Shown here one piece after another: positions 1 through 8,989 of a stretch of 64,000 bases of DNA. This DNA comes from a virus, in the IMG/VR virus record IMGVR_UViG_3300002131_000090, positions 32,001-96,000 of that record. The stretch is one strand, 5' to 3'. Every line of letters begins with the position of its first letter. Positions within the stretch are counted from its first letter, which is position 1. Both the position numbers and the translations under genes were made by a program. Under the pieces are notes generated by a model. The model made no database searches. It was not told where the DNA came from and saw only the letters and a program-made list of their open reading frames with translations.

Positions 1-486
1 ATGTATAAAGACGGATGGCAACCGGATTACATTGTAGGTATTACACGAGGTGGGTTGCCGTTGGCAACCGTTCTTAGTCATAAAATTGGGTGTAGAATGG
101 AAACACTTAAAGTTAAACTACGAGATGCCGAAGATGGCGAAGATTGCGAAAGTAATTGCTGGATGAGTGAAGATGCGTTTGGATATAACTATCCAGAAAA
201 ATCTGGTGTCACTGGCGCACGTTGGGATATTAAACAACGTAAGAACATTCTCATTGTAGATGACATAAATGATACCGGTGCTACATTCAATTGGATCAAA
301 CAAGATTGGCAGAGCAGTTGTTTGCCTGATGAAGATAATTGGAATACAGTTTGGGGTAACAATGTACGCTTTGCTGTAATGACAGAAAATTTAGGTAGTA
401 AGTTTAATGATGTAAACTATTACTACGACGAAGTAAACAAATCAGAAGAAAACATTTGGCTTGTATATCCATATGAGGCAGAGTAA
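1..486 (+). CDS. Type I phosphoribosyltransferase (purine PRTase-like); may begin upstream of the window
   Basis: IVGITRGGLPLA N-terminal motif and PRPP-binding loop ILIVDDINDTGATF; C-terminal WLVYPYE as in Gpt/Hpt-type enzymes. Confidence 0.85.
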   Translation: MYKDGWQPDYIVGITRGGLPLATVLSHKIGCRMETLKVKLRDAEDGEDCESNCWMSEDAFGYNYPEKSGVTGARWDIKQRKNILIVDDINDTGATFNWIKQDWQSSCLPDEDNWNTVWGNNVRFAVMTENLGSKFNDVNYYYDEVNKSEENIWLVYPYEAE

Positions 487-701
487 TGAGCAATGTTATA
501 AAATTTGAACCAAAAGAAAAGATGTGGACACTGAAGTTTATTTGTCCACAAGTCGTTAGTGTAAACAAAACTAAGGATGACGATTTTGCTATTGAGTTGA
601 ATAGAGGCGCAGGCACGGCTTGGGTACCAGCTAAAACTAAAGTAGAAGCAAAACGTAAATTACACGCTGTTATTAAAATTACGGAATGGATTGATGATTA
701 A
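486..701 (+). CDS. Hypothetical protein
   Basis: 71-aa ORF with TAATG coupling to the upstream gene. Confidence 0.6.
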   Translation: MSNVIKFEPKEKMWTLKFICPQVVSVNKTKDDDFAIELNRGAGTAWVPAKTKVEAKRKLHAVIKITEWIDD

Positions 702-927
702 AGATTGGTCCGTTACTGATATTACGAATCATATAAGTAAAATTGCTTGGGCTGAATCAGATAAACACATGGACGGATTTGTCACTTGGGGTTGTAAACA
801 AGACCTTTATCAAATACTTTGGTTTGTAGAAAACAAACTTAGAAACTGTAGTACTTACGCAGGCGAAGAAGAGTTTGTCGAACAACACAATAAAAAAGAA
901 ACTTGGAGAATACTAAGTGAGAAATAA
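691..927 (+). CDS. Hypothetical phage protein
   Basis: 78-aa ORF overlapping its neighbours in a tight operon. Confidence 0.6.
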   Translation: MMIKDWSVTDITNHISKIAWAESDKHMDGFVTWGCKQDLYQILWFVENKLRNCSTYAGEEEFVEQHNKKETWRILSEK

Positions 928-1099
928 ATATGCAATCAAAGTATTTCTTGACAAAACTGATTGGATTTATCTAACCGAAGCTGGAGGTACTATGTTTGAA
1001 GTAGTACCTAAGTTATTTAAAACTAGAAAAGAAGCAGAGAAATATTCCGAACTATTTAATAACATAGAAATAGTAAGATATAGAAATAAAAATAATTAA
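917..1099 (+). CDS. Hypothetical protein
   Basis: 60-aa ORF with GTG start preceded by GGAG. Confidence 0.5.
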   Translation: MRNKYAIKVFLDKTDWIYLTEAGGTMFEVVPKLFKTRKEAEKYSELFNNIEIVRYRNKNN

Positions 1100-1103
1100 C
1101 CCG

Positions 1104-1132
1104 TTGACAAATAATCTAAATAATGTTACTAT
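1104..1132 (+). promoter_or_regulatory. Sigma70-type promoter for folE
   Basis: TTGACA-17 nt-TACTAT in the intergenic gap; GGAG before ATG 1175. Confidence 0.75.
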
Positions 1133-1174
1133 AAACAATAAGATGACATCCTCGTCTATAACTCGGAGAAGATA

Positions 1175-1858
1175 ATGAAGACAAGTAAAAAAATTAAACA
1201 ACGCATCGAAGCGGCTAAAGGTCGTTATTGGGCAGGCGATAATATTTCGCAATACATTGAAGAAAATGAACTACCAGAACTTATCAACGAACTTGCTAAA
1301 AAGTTTGATGACGTGCTAGATAGTCTTGTAATCGATCGTAAAACAGATCCTAATAGTATGGATACTGGACGTAGACTTGCAAAAATGTATGTTAAAGAAC
1401 TAATGTCAGGACGATACTATCCAATGCCCAATGCAACAGCATTTCCTAATCATGTAGATGATGGGTATGAAGGCATGCTGGTCGTGCGTAGCGAACTTAA
1501 AAGTGTTTGTTCGCATCATCACCAACCAGTAACAGGTGTAGCATATATTGGTATTATTGCAGCAGATAAACTGATTGGTCTTAGCAAGTATACACGCATT
1601 GCACAATGGTGTGCTAGACGTGGTACATTGCAAGAAGAACTATGTAACGACATTGCACGTGAGATTATGTCAGCAACAGGTGCAGCAGATGTAGGTGTTT
1701 ATATTCAAGCTACACATGGTTGCTGCGAGAATCGCGGCATTATGGCACATAGTAGTCTAACACAAACTACTGTACTTAAAGGTGCATTTAAAACTGATCC
1801 AGGTACAAAGAAAGAGTTCTTTGACAATATTAAATTGCAACAGGAGTTTGCACGATGA
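1175..1858 (+). CDS. folE: GTP cyclohydrolase I
   Basis: Zn/catalytic motifs SVCSHHHQP, GLSKYTRIA, LQEEL, HGCCENRG. Confidence 0.95.
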   Translation: MKTSKKIKQRIEAAKGRYWAGDNISQYIEENELPELINELAKKFDDVLDSLVIDRKTDPNSMDTGRRLAKMYVKELMSGRYYPMPNATAFPNHVDDGYEGMLVVRSELKSVCSHHHQPVTGVAYIGIIAADKLIGLSKYTRIAQWCARRGTLQEELCNDIAREIMSATGAADVGVYIQATHGCCENRGIMAHSSLTQTTVLKGAFKTDPGTKKEFFDNIKLQQEFAR

Positions 1859-2010
1859 TGAATATTTTAGACATTAAAAGTAAACGAATTGATAATGTAA
1901 ATCGTATTGTTAAAAATACAACGCCAAACTCTTGGGCACATAAACATTGGTCAACTGTTCTTGCTAGTTTATTACGTGATTGGAAACGATCGGTAGGAGA
2001 AGCAAAATGA
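1855..2010 (+). CDS. Small hypothetical protein (51 aa, MMNILDIKSKRIDNV...)
   Basis: Read manually; fills the folE-queE gap with ATGA overlaps at both ends. Confidence 0.55.
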   Translation: MMNILDIKSKRIDNVNRIVKNTTPNSWAHKHWSTVLASLLRDWKRSVGEAK

Positions 2011-2903
2011 AACTAAGATATAGCGAAGCGTTTTACAGCGTACAAGGCGAAGGTAAGTTTGTAGGAGTACCTAGTGTATTCCTGCGTACCTTTGGTTGTA
2101 ACTTCCGTTGCATGAACTTTGGACTTGGTCGTGATGAGCCTAGTCGTGCAGAAAAACTTGCAAACGGACAAAGATACAATCAAGAAGTAAAAGACTTGCT
2201 GGACGGCGGTATATTAGATCGTGTTGAAAAGTTTGAAGACTTGCCTATTATCCATACAGGCTGTGATACATATGCAAGTATCTATCCCGAGTTTAAACAC
2301 TTGGTACATGATGCTACTATTGATGAAGTAGTAGAACACATTCTGTCGCTTACTCCAGAAGGTAAGTGGACAATGGATAATGGACAGGATGTCCATTTGA
2401 TTTTAACAGGTGGCGAACCTTTACTTGCTTGGCAGCGAATGTATATTGAATTGTTTGAACACCCGCGTATGAAGGATTTAAAAAATGTTACTTTTGAAAC
2501 AAACACTACACAATATTTACACGACGATTTCTTTAAATATCTTAACAATCAAGATAGAATTACAGTTACATGGAGTTGCAGCCCTAAACTCTCCGTATCA
2601 GGAGAAAGTTGGGAAGATGCTATCAAGCCTGGCGTTGCTTTCAACTACAGTCTTGTGGACGGTAGTGACATTTATCTTAAATTTGTTGTTGCTGATCGTG
2701 CAGACATTGAAGAAGCTGGCAGAGCTGTTCAAGCATATCGTGACGAAGGCATTGAGTGTCCGGTATATCTTATGCCGCTTGGAGGACGTTCGGAAGAGTA
2801 TAATCTCAACGTTCGAGAGGTTGCAGAAGTTTGTATGGAAAAAGGATGGCGCTTTACCCCAAGACTCCACATTAGCTTATTCGGAAATGCCTGGGGGACT
2901 TAA
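2007..2903 (+). CDS. queE: 7-carboxy-7-deazaguanine synthase (radical SAM)
   Basis: SEAFYSVQGEG...FLRTFGCNFRC, long insertion then GCDT, TGGEP, ETN, SPKL, RLH; ATG at 2007. Confidence 0.9.
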   Translation: MKLRYSEAFYSVQGEGKFVGVPSVFLRTFGCNFRCMNFGLGRDEPSRAEKLANGQRYNQEVKDLLDGGILDRVEKFEDLPIIHTGCDTYASIYPEFKHLVHDATIDEVVEHILSLTPEGKWTMDNGQDVHLILTGGEPLLAWQRMYIELFEHPRMKDLKNVTFETNTTQYLHDDFFKYLNNQDRITVTWSCSPKLSVSGESWEDAIKPGVAFNYSLVDGSDIYLKFVVADRADIEEAGRAVQAYRDEGIECPVYLMPLGGRSEEYNLNVREVAEVCMEKGWRFTPRLHISLFGNAWGT

Positions 2904-2973
2904 ACAAAACGAGCAGTTGCGCAAAGCAATGAAGGCTCCAATAGACTTAGATAAAATTAGAAACGGATTATAA
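2887..2973 (+). CDS. Possible 28-aa peptide (MPGGLKQNEQLRKAMKAPIDLDKIRNGL)
   Basis: Fills the queE-metK gap, and its stop abuts the metK ATG; short, so uncertain. Confidence 0.3.
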   Translation: MPGGLKQNEQLRKAMKAPIDLDKIRNGL

Positions 2974-4068
2974 ATGAACTATATTTTTACTAGTGAAAGT
3001 GTTAGCGACGGACACCCAGATAAGATCGCAGACCAAATCTCAGATGCACTCGTTGATGCAGGGTTAAAGGCAGGTGATACTACTACTCGTGTTGCGGTCG
3101 AAACACTTGTAACTACTAACCATGTTACGTTGGCAGGCGAAGTAAAAAACTTTAATGTGAGCAAGGACGAAGTAAAAGAAATTGTACGCAATAAAGTTAA
3201 AGAGATCGGTTATGAACAGGATGGGTTTCATTGGGATAAACTAAACATCTACAATGAAATCCATTCACAAAGTGCTGACATTGCGCTGGGCACTGATGAC
3301 TTTGGTGCTGGAGATCAAGGCATTATGTTTGGATACGCTTGTAATCATACACCCAGTATGATGCCAGCACCTATTCATTATAGTCATGCGATTCTTAAAG
3401 AACTTAAAGCGTCACGTCTACCAGGCAGTGTACTTGGGCCAGATGCTAAGTCTCAAGTAAGTGTTGAGTATAATGGTGCTAGACGCGAAGGTATTGTTAA
3501 CCGTATCGATCAGATTGTTATTAGTACGCAACACACCGAAGGCGATGTAGAAGTAGCAAGAGATTTAGCTCGATCAGTAGCAACAAGTGTATTAGGAGAT
3601 TTAATTGATGACGAAACTGTATGGCACCTTAACCCAACTGGTAACTTTGTTATTGGCGGGCCTGACGGGGATGCGGGCGTTACTGGAAGAAAAATTATTG
3701 TGGATACATACGGCGGTTTTGCCCCTCATGGTGGTGGTGCTTTTAGCGGTAAGGATCCTACAAAAGTAGATCGCAGTGCAGCATACATGGCACGTTGGAT
3801 TGCTAAGAACGTTGTAGCAGATGAAATGGCAGACTGGTGTAACATTCAGTTAAGCTATGCTATTGGTGTTAAACAGCCTACTAGTATTCTTGTTGATAGT
3901 AATGGACACAACCGTAGTATTGAGCGTTTTATTCGTAAAGAGATTGATTTAAGTCCAAAAGGAATCATTGATCGCTTTGACTTGTTTAACTTCCACGAGT
4001 ACAGTAAGAATTGTGTGTATGGACACTTTGGTGACAAACTTGTACCGTGGGAAAGTATTGGATGGTAA
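2974..4068 (+). CDS. metK: S-adenosylmethionine synthetase
   Basis: FTSESVSDGHPDK, GAGDQG, GGGAFSGKDPTKVDRS signatures. Confidence 0.97.
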   Translation: MNYIFTSESVSDGHPDKIADQISDALVDAGLKAGDTTTRVAVETLVTTNHVTLAGEVKNFNVSKDEVKEIVRNKVKEIGYEQDGFHWDKLNIYNEIHSQSADIALGTDDFGAGDQGIMFGYACNHTPSMMPAPIHYSHAILKELKASRLPGSVLGPDAKSQVSVEYNGARREGIVNRIDQIVISTQHTEGDVEVARDLARSVATSVLGDLIDDETVWHLNPTGNFVIGGPDGDAGVTGRKIIVDTYGGFAPHGGGAFSGKDPTKVDRSAAYMARWIAKNVVADEMADWCNIQLSYAIGVKQPTSILVDSNGHNRSIERFIRKEIDLSPKGIIDRFDLFNFHEYSKNCVYGHFGDKLVPWESIGW

Positions 4069-4076
4069 TGAGTCTG
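4050..4076 (+). repeat. Direct repeat A copy 1 (metK 3' end plus next start)
   Basis: GGAAAGTATTGGATGGTAATGAGTCTG; 26/27 identical to 4687-4713. Confidence 0.9.
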
Positions 4077-4652
4077 CTGATATATCCCACAGGTTCAGGC
4101 GGTCACTTTCTAACTGCACTGTGTGATAATTTTAAAATACCACACACTGTTACTAAAGATAACGAATGGATTATTGATCAGGCATCGGCTTTGTCAGTAA
4201 GCCATTTGTACATTCAGTGTTTTCCATTATCTAAATTTAGACAATTTTTGGATAGTATAGATAATGTATTGGTTATGGATATTGGATCATACCAATATTA
4301 TGTGGAAGAATTAACTGACATTAAACGTGGCAAACATAGTCCCAGTAATTGGATTATGCCACCAGTAAACAGTCGTCGTATCAGCCGTCTTGTCAGCCGT
4401 GAGAACAGGAGGCATTATATTGCTTTCTATAACAGGTTGCAAAGGCTGGGTAAACGTGTTATACTTGTAAATTATAAGAACTTGATTATCAATCAACAGC
4501 ATAATGAAATACAGAAATTTTTTGATTTTGTACATCTAAATGTTGATGACTTTGGTGGGATTGATGCAGTAGCAAGTTTGATTAAGGCGTATCATGACAG
4601 TAACACCAATGTAATGAAAAACAACGGAGCAATAAATTGCTTAAAAAATTAA
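4068..4652 (+). CDS. Sulfotransferase-like / P-loop-fold protein (inserted cassette)
   Basis: Probable ATG at 4068 (TAATG overlap); N-terminal YPTGSGGHFL resembles a 5'-PSB loop; VNYKNL resembles the 'Y-E-D-L' motif. Confidence 0.5.
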   Translation: MSLLIYPTGSGGHFLTALCDNFKIPHTVTKDNEWIIDQASALSVSHLYIQCFPLSKFRQFLDSIDNVLVMDIGSYQYYVEELTDIKRGKHSPSNWIMPPVNSRRISRLVSRENRRHYIAFYNRLQRLGKRVILVNYKNLIINQQHNEIQKFFDFVHLNVDDFGGIDAVASLIKAYHDSNTNVMKNNGAINCLKN

Positions 4653-4686
4653 AAATTGTAACGGGTAACACCCAGTATACAATATA

Positions 4687-4713
4687 GGAAAGGATTGGAT
4701 GGTAATGAGTCTG
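4687..4713 (+). repeat. Direct repeat A copy 2 (orphan metK 3' end)
   Basis: GGAAAGGATTGGATGGTAATGAGTCTG; supplies the start of the 4705 gene. Confidence 0.9.
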
Positions 4714-5229
4714 ATTAGTTATTTTGAAAATAGTTGGAAACCCAATTACGATAAATTTAAATATAGTGGATGGGCCCTTTTAGATAAAGTGCCAGAAGAC
4801 GCTACTATCCTCGATGTAGGGTGCGGATACAATCTTTTTAAACCGCATTTTAAAGAACGTCTATACGGAATTGACCCAGCAAACGATGCAGCAGATGAAC
4901 GAGTCGGAATTGACGAATTTAACTCTAGTAATCAGTGGGATATAGTTTTTTGCTTAGGTAGTTTAAACTTTGGCAAAGAAGATACAGTTTATAAACAAGT
5001 AGAAAAAACTGTAGCACTTACTAAACTTGGTGGTAAAATCTTTTGGAGATGTAACCCAGGTACAGGAGATCACCCGTGGAAAGGTGTAGAACAAATACAA
5101 TTTTTTCCATGGACTGAAGATTTACATTATACATGGGCAGAAAAACTAGACTGTACAGTTATAGAATGCAAATGGGATACTGGAAATCGAATTTACGCCG
5201 AATGGCAAAAAAATAAAAAGGAAAATTAA
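4705..5229 (+). CDS. Class I SAM-dependent methyltransferase
   Basis: ILDVGCG motif I, GID motif II, WDIVFCLGSLNF. Confidence 0.8.
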   Translation: MSLISYFENSWKPNYDKFKYSGWALLDKVPEDATILDVGCGYNLFKPHFKERLYGIDPANDAADERVGIDEFNSSNQWDIVFCLGSLNFGKEDTVYKQVEKTVALTKLGGKIFWRCNPGTGDHPWKGVEQIQFFPWTEDLHYTWAEKLDCTVIECKWDTGNRIYAEWQKNKKEN

Positions 5230-5232
5230 AAA

Positions 5233-6699
5233 ATGGATATAACGACATTGTTTCCGCTGTTTGAACCCACAGTTGGAATAGGAGTTTTATTAGTATATGG
5301 ACTATTTGCATTTGCTATGACTTATTGGTATAGCAAAGGTTACAATTCTGATAAAACTAGTTTCTTAGTTGCAAGACGTGAACTAGGAACTTTTCAAGGT
5401 AGTTTAAGTGTTGCAGCAGCATGGCTCTGGGCACCTGGACTATTTATTAGTACACAACAAGCGTATGTAAACGGACTGGTTGGACTGTTTTGGTTTTGTT
5501 TAGGCAACTTCTTAACACTAGGTGCATTTGCATACTTTGCAAAACTAATAAGAGATAGAGAACCAAATGGGTTTACATTTAGCGGATACTTGCGCACTCG
5601 TATGAGTCCAAGAGTACAATGGCTATTTGTTGTAGAAATGTTGATCCTTGCAGTTTGTGCATTTGCTATTAACTTGATTGCAGGATCAACTACTGTAGCA
5701 ACACTAACTGGTATTAACTATTCGCTTGCAACAGTGCTCATGGCTTCTATTGCAATACTTTATAGTTTCCGTACTGGTCTTAAAGCAACTGTTATTACAG
5801 AAGTTATTAAGATTATAGTTGTATGGACTGGTGTTATTATTCTTGTTCCATGGGCTATTAGTGCAGGCGGCGGCTGGGAGACAGTTGTGGCAGGGCTTGG
5901 CGGTAAGTCAGGTCAGGGTGCAAGTATATTTGGAACACCGTTTTCATGGGGTGTGTTTACTGGCTTTGGCGCGGCAGCGTTCTTAGGACATATGGGCGGA
6001 CCGTGGGGTGATAACAGTTTTTATCAACGTGCATTTAGTATTAAATCTAAAAGCATTATCCCTAGCTACATAATTGCTAGTTTTGTATTCATTGTAATTC
6101 CAATTATGATGGGACTACTAGGGTTCCTAGCAGCAGGCGCCGGACTGGAAATTCCGAACAACATGGTAGGCAATACTAATGCCATTGTTATTGGAACATA
6201 CTTACCAGGTTATGCAGCAATACTATTTGCATTTATGATCTTTGCGGGTCTTGTAAGTATACTTGATAGTCAGTTTGCAAGTGTAGCAAACATGACAGGA
6301 CATGACATTTATAACCAATTCAAACAAGGCAATGACGAAAACGGTGCAGTAACATATGCTCGTTACGGCATGATTGTACTAGTAATTGCAGCACTAATTG
6401 TTGCTAATCTACCAGGAATGAGTATGGTATATTTGTTCTTATTCTTTGCTATACTAAGAGCTGCTGTTTGGCTACCTAGTATGATTGCGTTATTACGCCC
6501 AACTTGGGTTACAGAAGCAGGAATGTTCTGGGGTATACTAATAGCAGCTATTCCAGGAGAATCAATGTACATATATGCTAAACTATATGGCGGCGGGAAT
6601 GATATTGCGTTTGCAGGTACATTGCTTGCTATATTTGGTGCTCCTTTGTTTACTTTGATTTTAAGTAAAAAGGACAGAGGATCAATTGCAGAAGCCTAA
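5233..6699 (+). CDS. Sodium:solute symporter family transporter (DUR3/PutP-like)
   Basis: About 13 hydrophobic segments; FLVARR, SVAAAWLWA, GLKATVITE, DNSFYQRAF motifs. Confidence 0.85.
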   Translation: MDITTLFPLFEPTVGIGVLLVYGLFAFAMTYWYSKGYNSDKTSFLVARRELGTFQGSLSVAAAWLWAPGLFISTQQAYVNGLVGLFWFCLGNFLTLGAFAYFAKLIRDREPNGFTFSGYLRTRMSPRVQWLFVVEMLILAVCAFAINLIAGSTTVATLTGINYSLATVLMASIAILYSFRTGLKATVITEVIKIIVVWTGVIILVPWAISAGGGWETVVAGLGGKSGQGASIFGTPFSWGVFTGFGAAAFLGHMGGPWGDNSFYQRAFSIKSKSIIPSYIIASFVFIVIPIMMGLLGFLAAGAGLEIPNNMVGNTNAIVIGTYLPGYAAILFAFMIFAGLVSILDSQFASVANMTGHDIYNQFKQGNDENGAVTYARYGMIVLVIAALIVANLPGMSMVYLFLFFAILRAAVWLPSMIALLRPTWVTEAGMFWGILIAAIPGESMYIYAKLYGGGNDIAFAGTLLAIFGAPLFTLILSKKDRGSIAEA

Positions 6700-7285
6700 A
6701 TTACTAATAGTTACCGGGCCACAGGGGTCCGGTAACCACTTGTTTAGTAAAATACTAAGCAAGCACCCTTTAGTACAAGGGTGGAGGATGCAGTCTTATT
6801 GGGAAGGGCATCATACAGAACCATTTAATGACTATTGGCAAAACCCAAACAACCTTGCAAACTTTGATTGGACACACCAATACTATTTTACTAGTATTAG
6901 CTGTCCGTATGTTAGAGATAAAAAGTTGCAAACTCCTAAATATCAAGAGTTTATAGAGTGTGCAAGCAAATACGCCGATATTAAAGTTGCTATTATAGGC
7001 AGAGATAAAACCATCTTAAATGTGCAGCAAACAAGAGTACGAAAACAGCCTACTACATCTATTGCATTAGACGCTTTTGAATACTTATTTAGACTAGATC
7101 ATGTGTTTATTTCACAGGAATTATATCAATTGTATGGAAATGCCTATTTACAGTCCGTTAGCAAGCAATTAGATTTTCCTATAGCTTATCAGGCAATTAA
7201 AGAGGACGCAAATTCTAAGTATATAAATACCATAGATGAACAACCACTAGACTTAGAGGTATTTAAAGCATGCAAGGAATCTTGA
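6686..7285 (+). CDS. P-loop / sulfotransferase-like protein
   Basis: LLIVTGPQGSGNHLFS N-terminal loop. Confidence 0.55.
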   Translation: MQKPKLLIVTGPQGSGNHLFSKILSKHPLVQGWRMQSYWEGHHTEPFNDYWQNPNNLANFDWTHQYYFTSISCPYVRDKKLQTPKYQEFIECASKYADIKVAIIGRDKTILNVQQTRVRKQPTTSIALDAFEYLFRLDHVFISQELYQLYGNAYLQSVSKQLDFPIAYQAIKEDANSKYINTIDEQPLDLEVFKACKES

Positions 7286-7893
7286 ATAACTATATATTAG
7301 TTACTGGCGCCCCAGGTAGTAAATGGAGCAGCGTTGTTAAAAATATTTATTGGAGTAAAGACGTTGATCAGTCTGATTATTCTGAAGAACGAACCTATTG
7401 GCACGACGCTGATACTCCGGGTACACCTCAGCTAATGCATATAGGCGCATACTGGGACCCAGGAATGGAGTTTGCTATATACGACTGGGACAGCCCTTTT
7501 ACAGGTCATGGCACACGAATTATAAAATCACATACTTTTGCTCATCAATTAGAGCATTTTAAAGATCCAGGTTTTATACAAAAACCACAGTTATACCCGA
7601 TAGTTATGGTTTATAGAAATGATTATGAATGTTATGAGTGGTGGAAACTATGTGGAGAGTTTAACATTACTTATCCACTATATGATCTTTACTATAAAAA
7701 TTTAGATAATATGTGGTTAGAAATTCAAAAACAAAATAAAGATATTTTAACATTTTGTAAAAATAACAAAGATAGAATAACAAGAGTACTAGATAATTAC
7801 CATTTAGCAGATACTATAAACATTACTAGAGAAGGTATTAAAACTAGACATGACTATAAAGCAAAGGGTATAGAAGTATATGTATACAAGTAA
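7270..7893 (+). CDS. P-loop / sulfotransferase-like protein
   Basis: ILVTGAPGSKWS, IIKSH, MVYRN motifs. Confidence 0.55.
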   Translation: MQGILNNYILVTGAPGSKWSSVVKNIYWSKDVDQSDYSEERTYWHDADTPGTPQLMHIGAYWDPGMEFAIYDWDSPFTGHGTRIIKSHTFAHQLEHFKDPGFIQKPQLYPIVMVYRNDYECYEWWKLCGEFNITYPLYDLYYKNLDNMWLEIQKQNKDILTFCKNNKDRITRVLDNYHLADTINITREGIKTRHDYKAKGIEVYVYK

Positions 7894-8530
7894 TTGGGAA
7901 TCAGGTAAAGCACAAAGTGATTATCACTTTGATTGGAAACGACACGAATTAGCAGGACACGATTTTCGTTGGGTTGGACGTTTTAACGGTGAATGGAATG
8001 TTGAATTAGACGAAATTAAAAAACAAGCGCACCCAAAGACTTGGGGGTCAAGAGGTAAGCAATATCACCCAGCTCATCCTGATTTGATTGCAGAAGAAAA
8101 CGATCTTGTTAATGCAGGCATGAGTAAGGACGTAGTTATATTTCGTAAACACTTTGAGTTTGAAGGAATTTGGCGTAATATGATCGATAGTCTCGGAATG
8201 ACTGATACAAAACAAGCATTTCATATACAGTACCCGGGAGAAATGTTAAACTTACATATCGACAAACAATATGAAATGAACGACGATCCTTATAAAGTTG
8301 CTCGCTTTTTTATATTTTTAGAAGACTGGAAACCAGGACAATTTCTGCAAATGGGTACTAGTTTTATGCAATGGCGCAAAGGCGACATTGTATGGTTTGA
8401 TTGGCGTAACATGCCACATGCTAGTGCAAATGCAGGATGGGACCCTCGTTGTCTAATTCAAATTACTGGAACAACGACTCGTATTACCGAAGAATTATTA
8501 TTGGGCAAAGTTAAAATAATTACTTTATAA
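7880..8530 (+). CDS. 2OG-Fe(II)/cupin-type oxygenase
   Basis: HxD (LHID) and distal H (PHASAN) followed by R. Confidence 0.65.
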   Translation: MYTSNWESGKAQSDYHFDWKRHELAGHDFRWVGRFNGEWNVELDEIKKQAHPKTWGSRGKQYHPAHPDLIAEENDLVNAGMSKDVVIFRKHFEFEGIWRNMIDSLGMTDTKQAFHIQYPGEMLNLHIDKQYEMNDDPYKVARFFIFLEDWKPGQFLQMGTSFMQWRKGDIVWFDWRNMPHASANAGWDPRCLIQITGTTTRITEELLLGKVKIITL

Positions 8531-8535
8531 AACTC

Positions 8536-8564
8536 TTGACAACTAATCAATATTGTATTATAAT
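8536..8564 (+). promoter_or_regulatory. Sigma70-type promoter
   Basis: Perfect TTGACA-17-TATAAT; AGGAG before GTG 8585. Confidence 0.85.
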
Positions 8565-8584
8565 AAAACAAATAGGAGATAGCT

Positions 8585-8989
8585 GTGAAAAATTGGCTTA
8601 AAAAAATAACAGGAATTGCTGTTAAAGAAGAAGCGTTAGCTCAAGAACAAGCAATACTAGAAGAAGAAAAACTTGAACTTCTTCGTAAAAAAGACCCTAA
8701 AGAGTATGCTACTAAAAAAGGAGAACCTTGGGTTAGTGTACTCGACGTTAAACTAAACGACGAAAATGTTCGTAATGGATTTTTTGAATTAGACTGGAAT
8801 GAAATCTTTATAAAGCAATTAATTGCAGCAGGATACGGCGAAGAAGCTGATCCTCAAGAAGAAGTTGTAGATCGTTGGTTTAGAGATATTGTTTATAATA
8901 TGTTAGACGAAGAAGGACTTGACACTTCTAGAGGAAGTGGTTATATTAATGTAGTACCAATCTCAAAAGGCAAAAGCGAAGTATCATGA
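8585..8989 (+). CDS. Conserved hypothetical phage protein
   Basis: 134-aa ORF with RBS; GEPWV...NGFFELDWN motif. Confidence 0.7.
   Translation: MKNWLKKITGIAVKEEALAQEQAILEEEKLELLRKKDPKEYATKKGEPWVSVLDVKLNDENVRNGFFELDWNEIFIKQLIAAGYGEEADPQEEVVDRWFRDIVYNMLDEEGLDTSRGSGYINVVPISKGKSEVS
8919..8947 (+). promoter_or_regulatory. Sigma70-type promoter embedded in the upstream CDS, in front of the exonuclease gene
   Basis: TTGACA-17-TATATT, 39 nt before ATG 8986. Confidence 0.6.

Noticed and set aside
1143-1157. Short GAC-ATCCTC-GTC hairpin in the folE leader as a riboswitch (e.g. preQ1)
   Set aside because: The stem is too short and I could not match a preQ1 consensus by eye; a covariance-model search would be needed.
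7222-7229. Perfect TATAAATA inside ORF 6686-7285
   Set aside because: It is intragenic, and such an A/T 8-mer is expected by chance in this genome.
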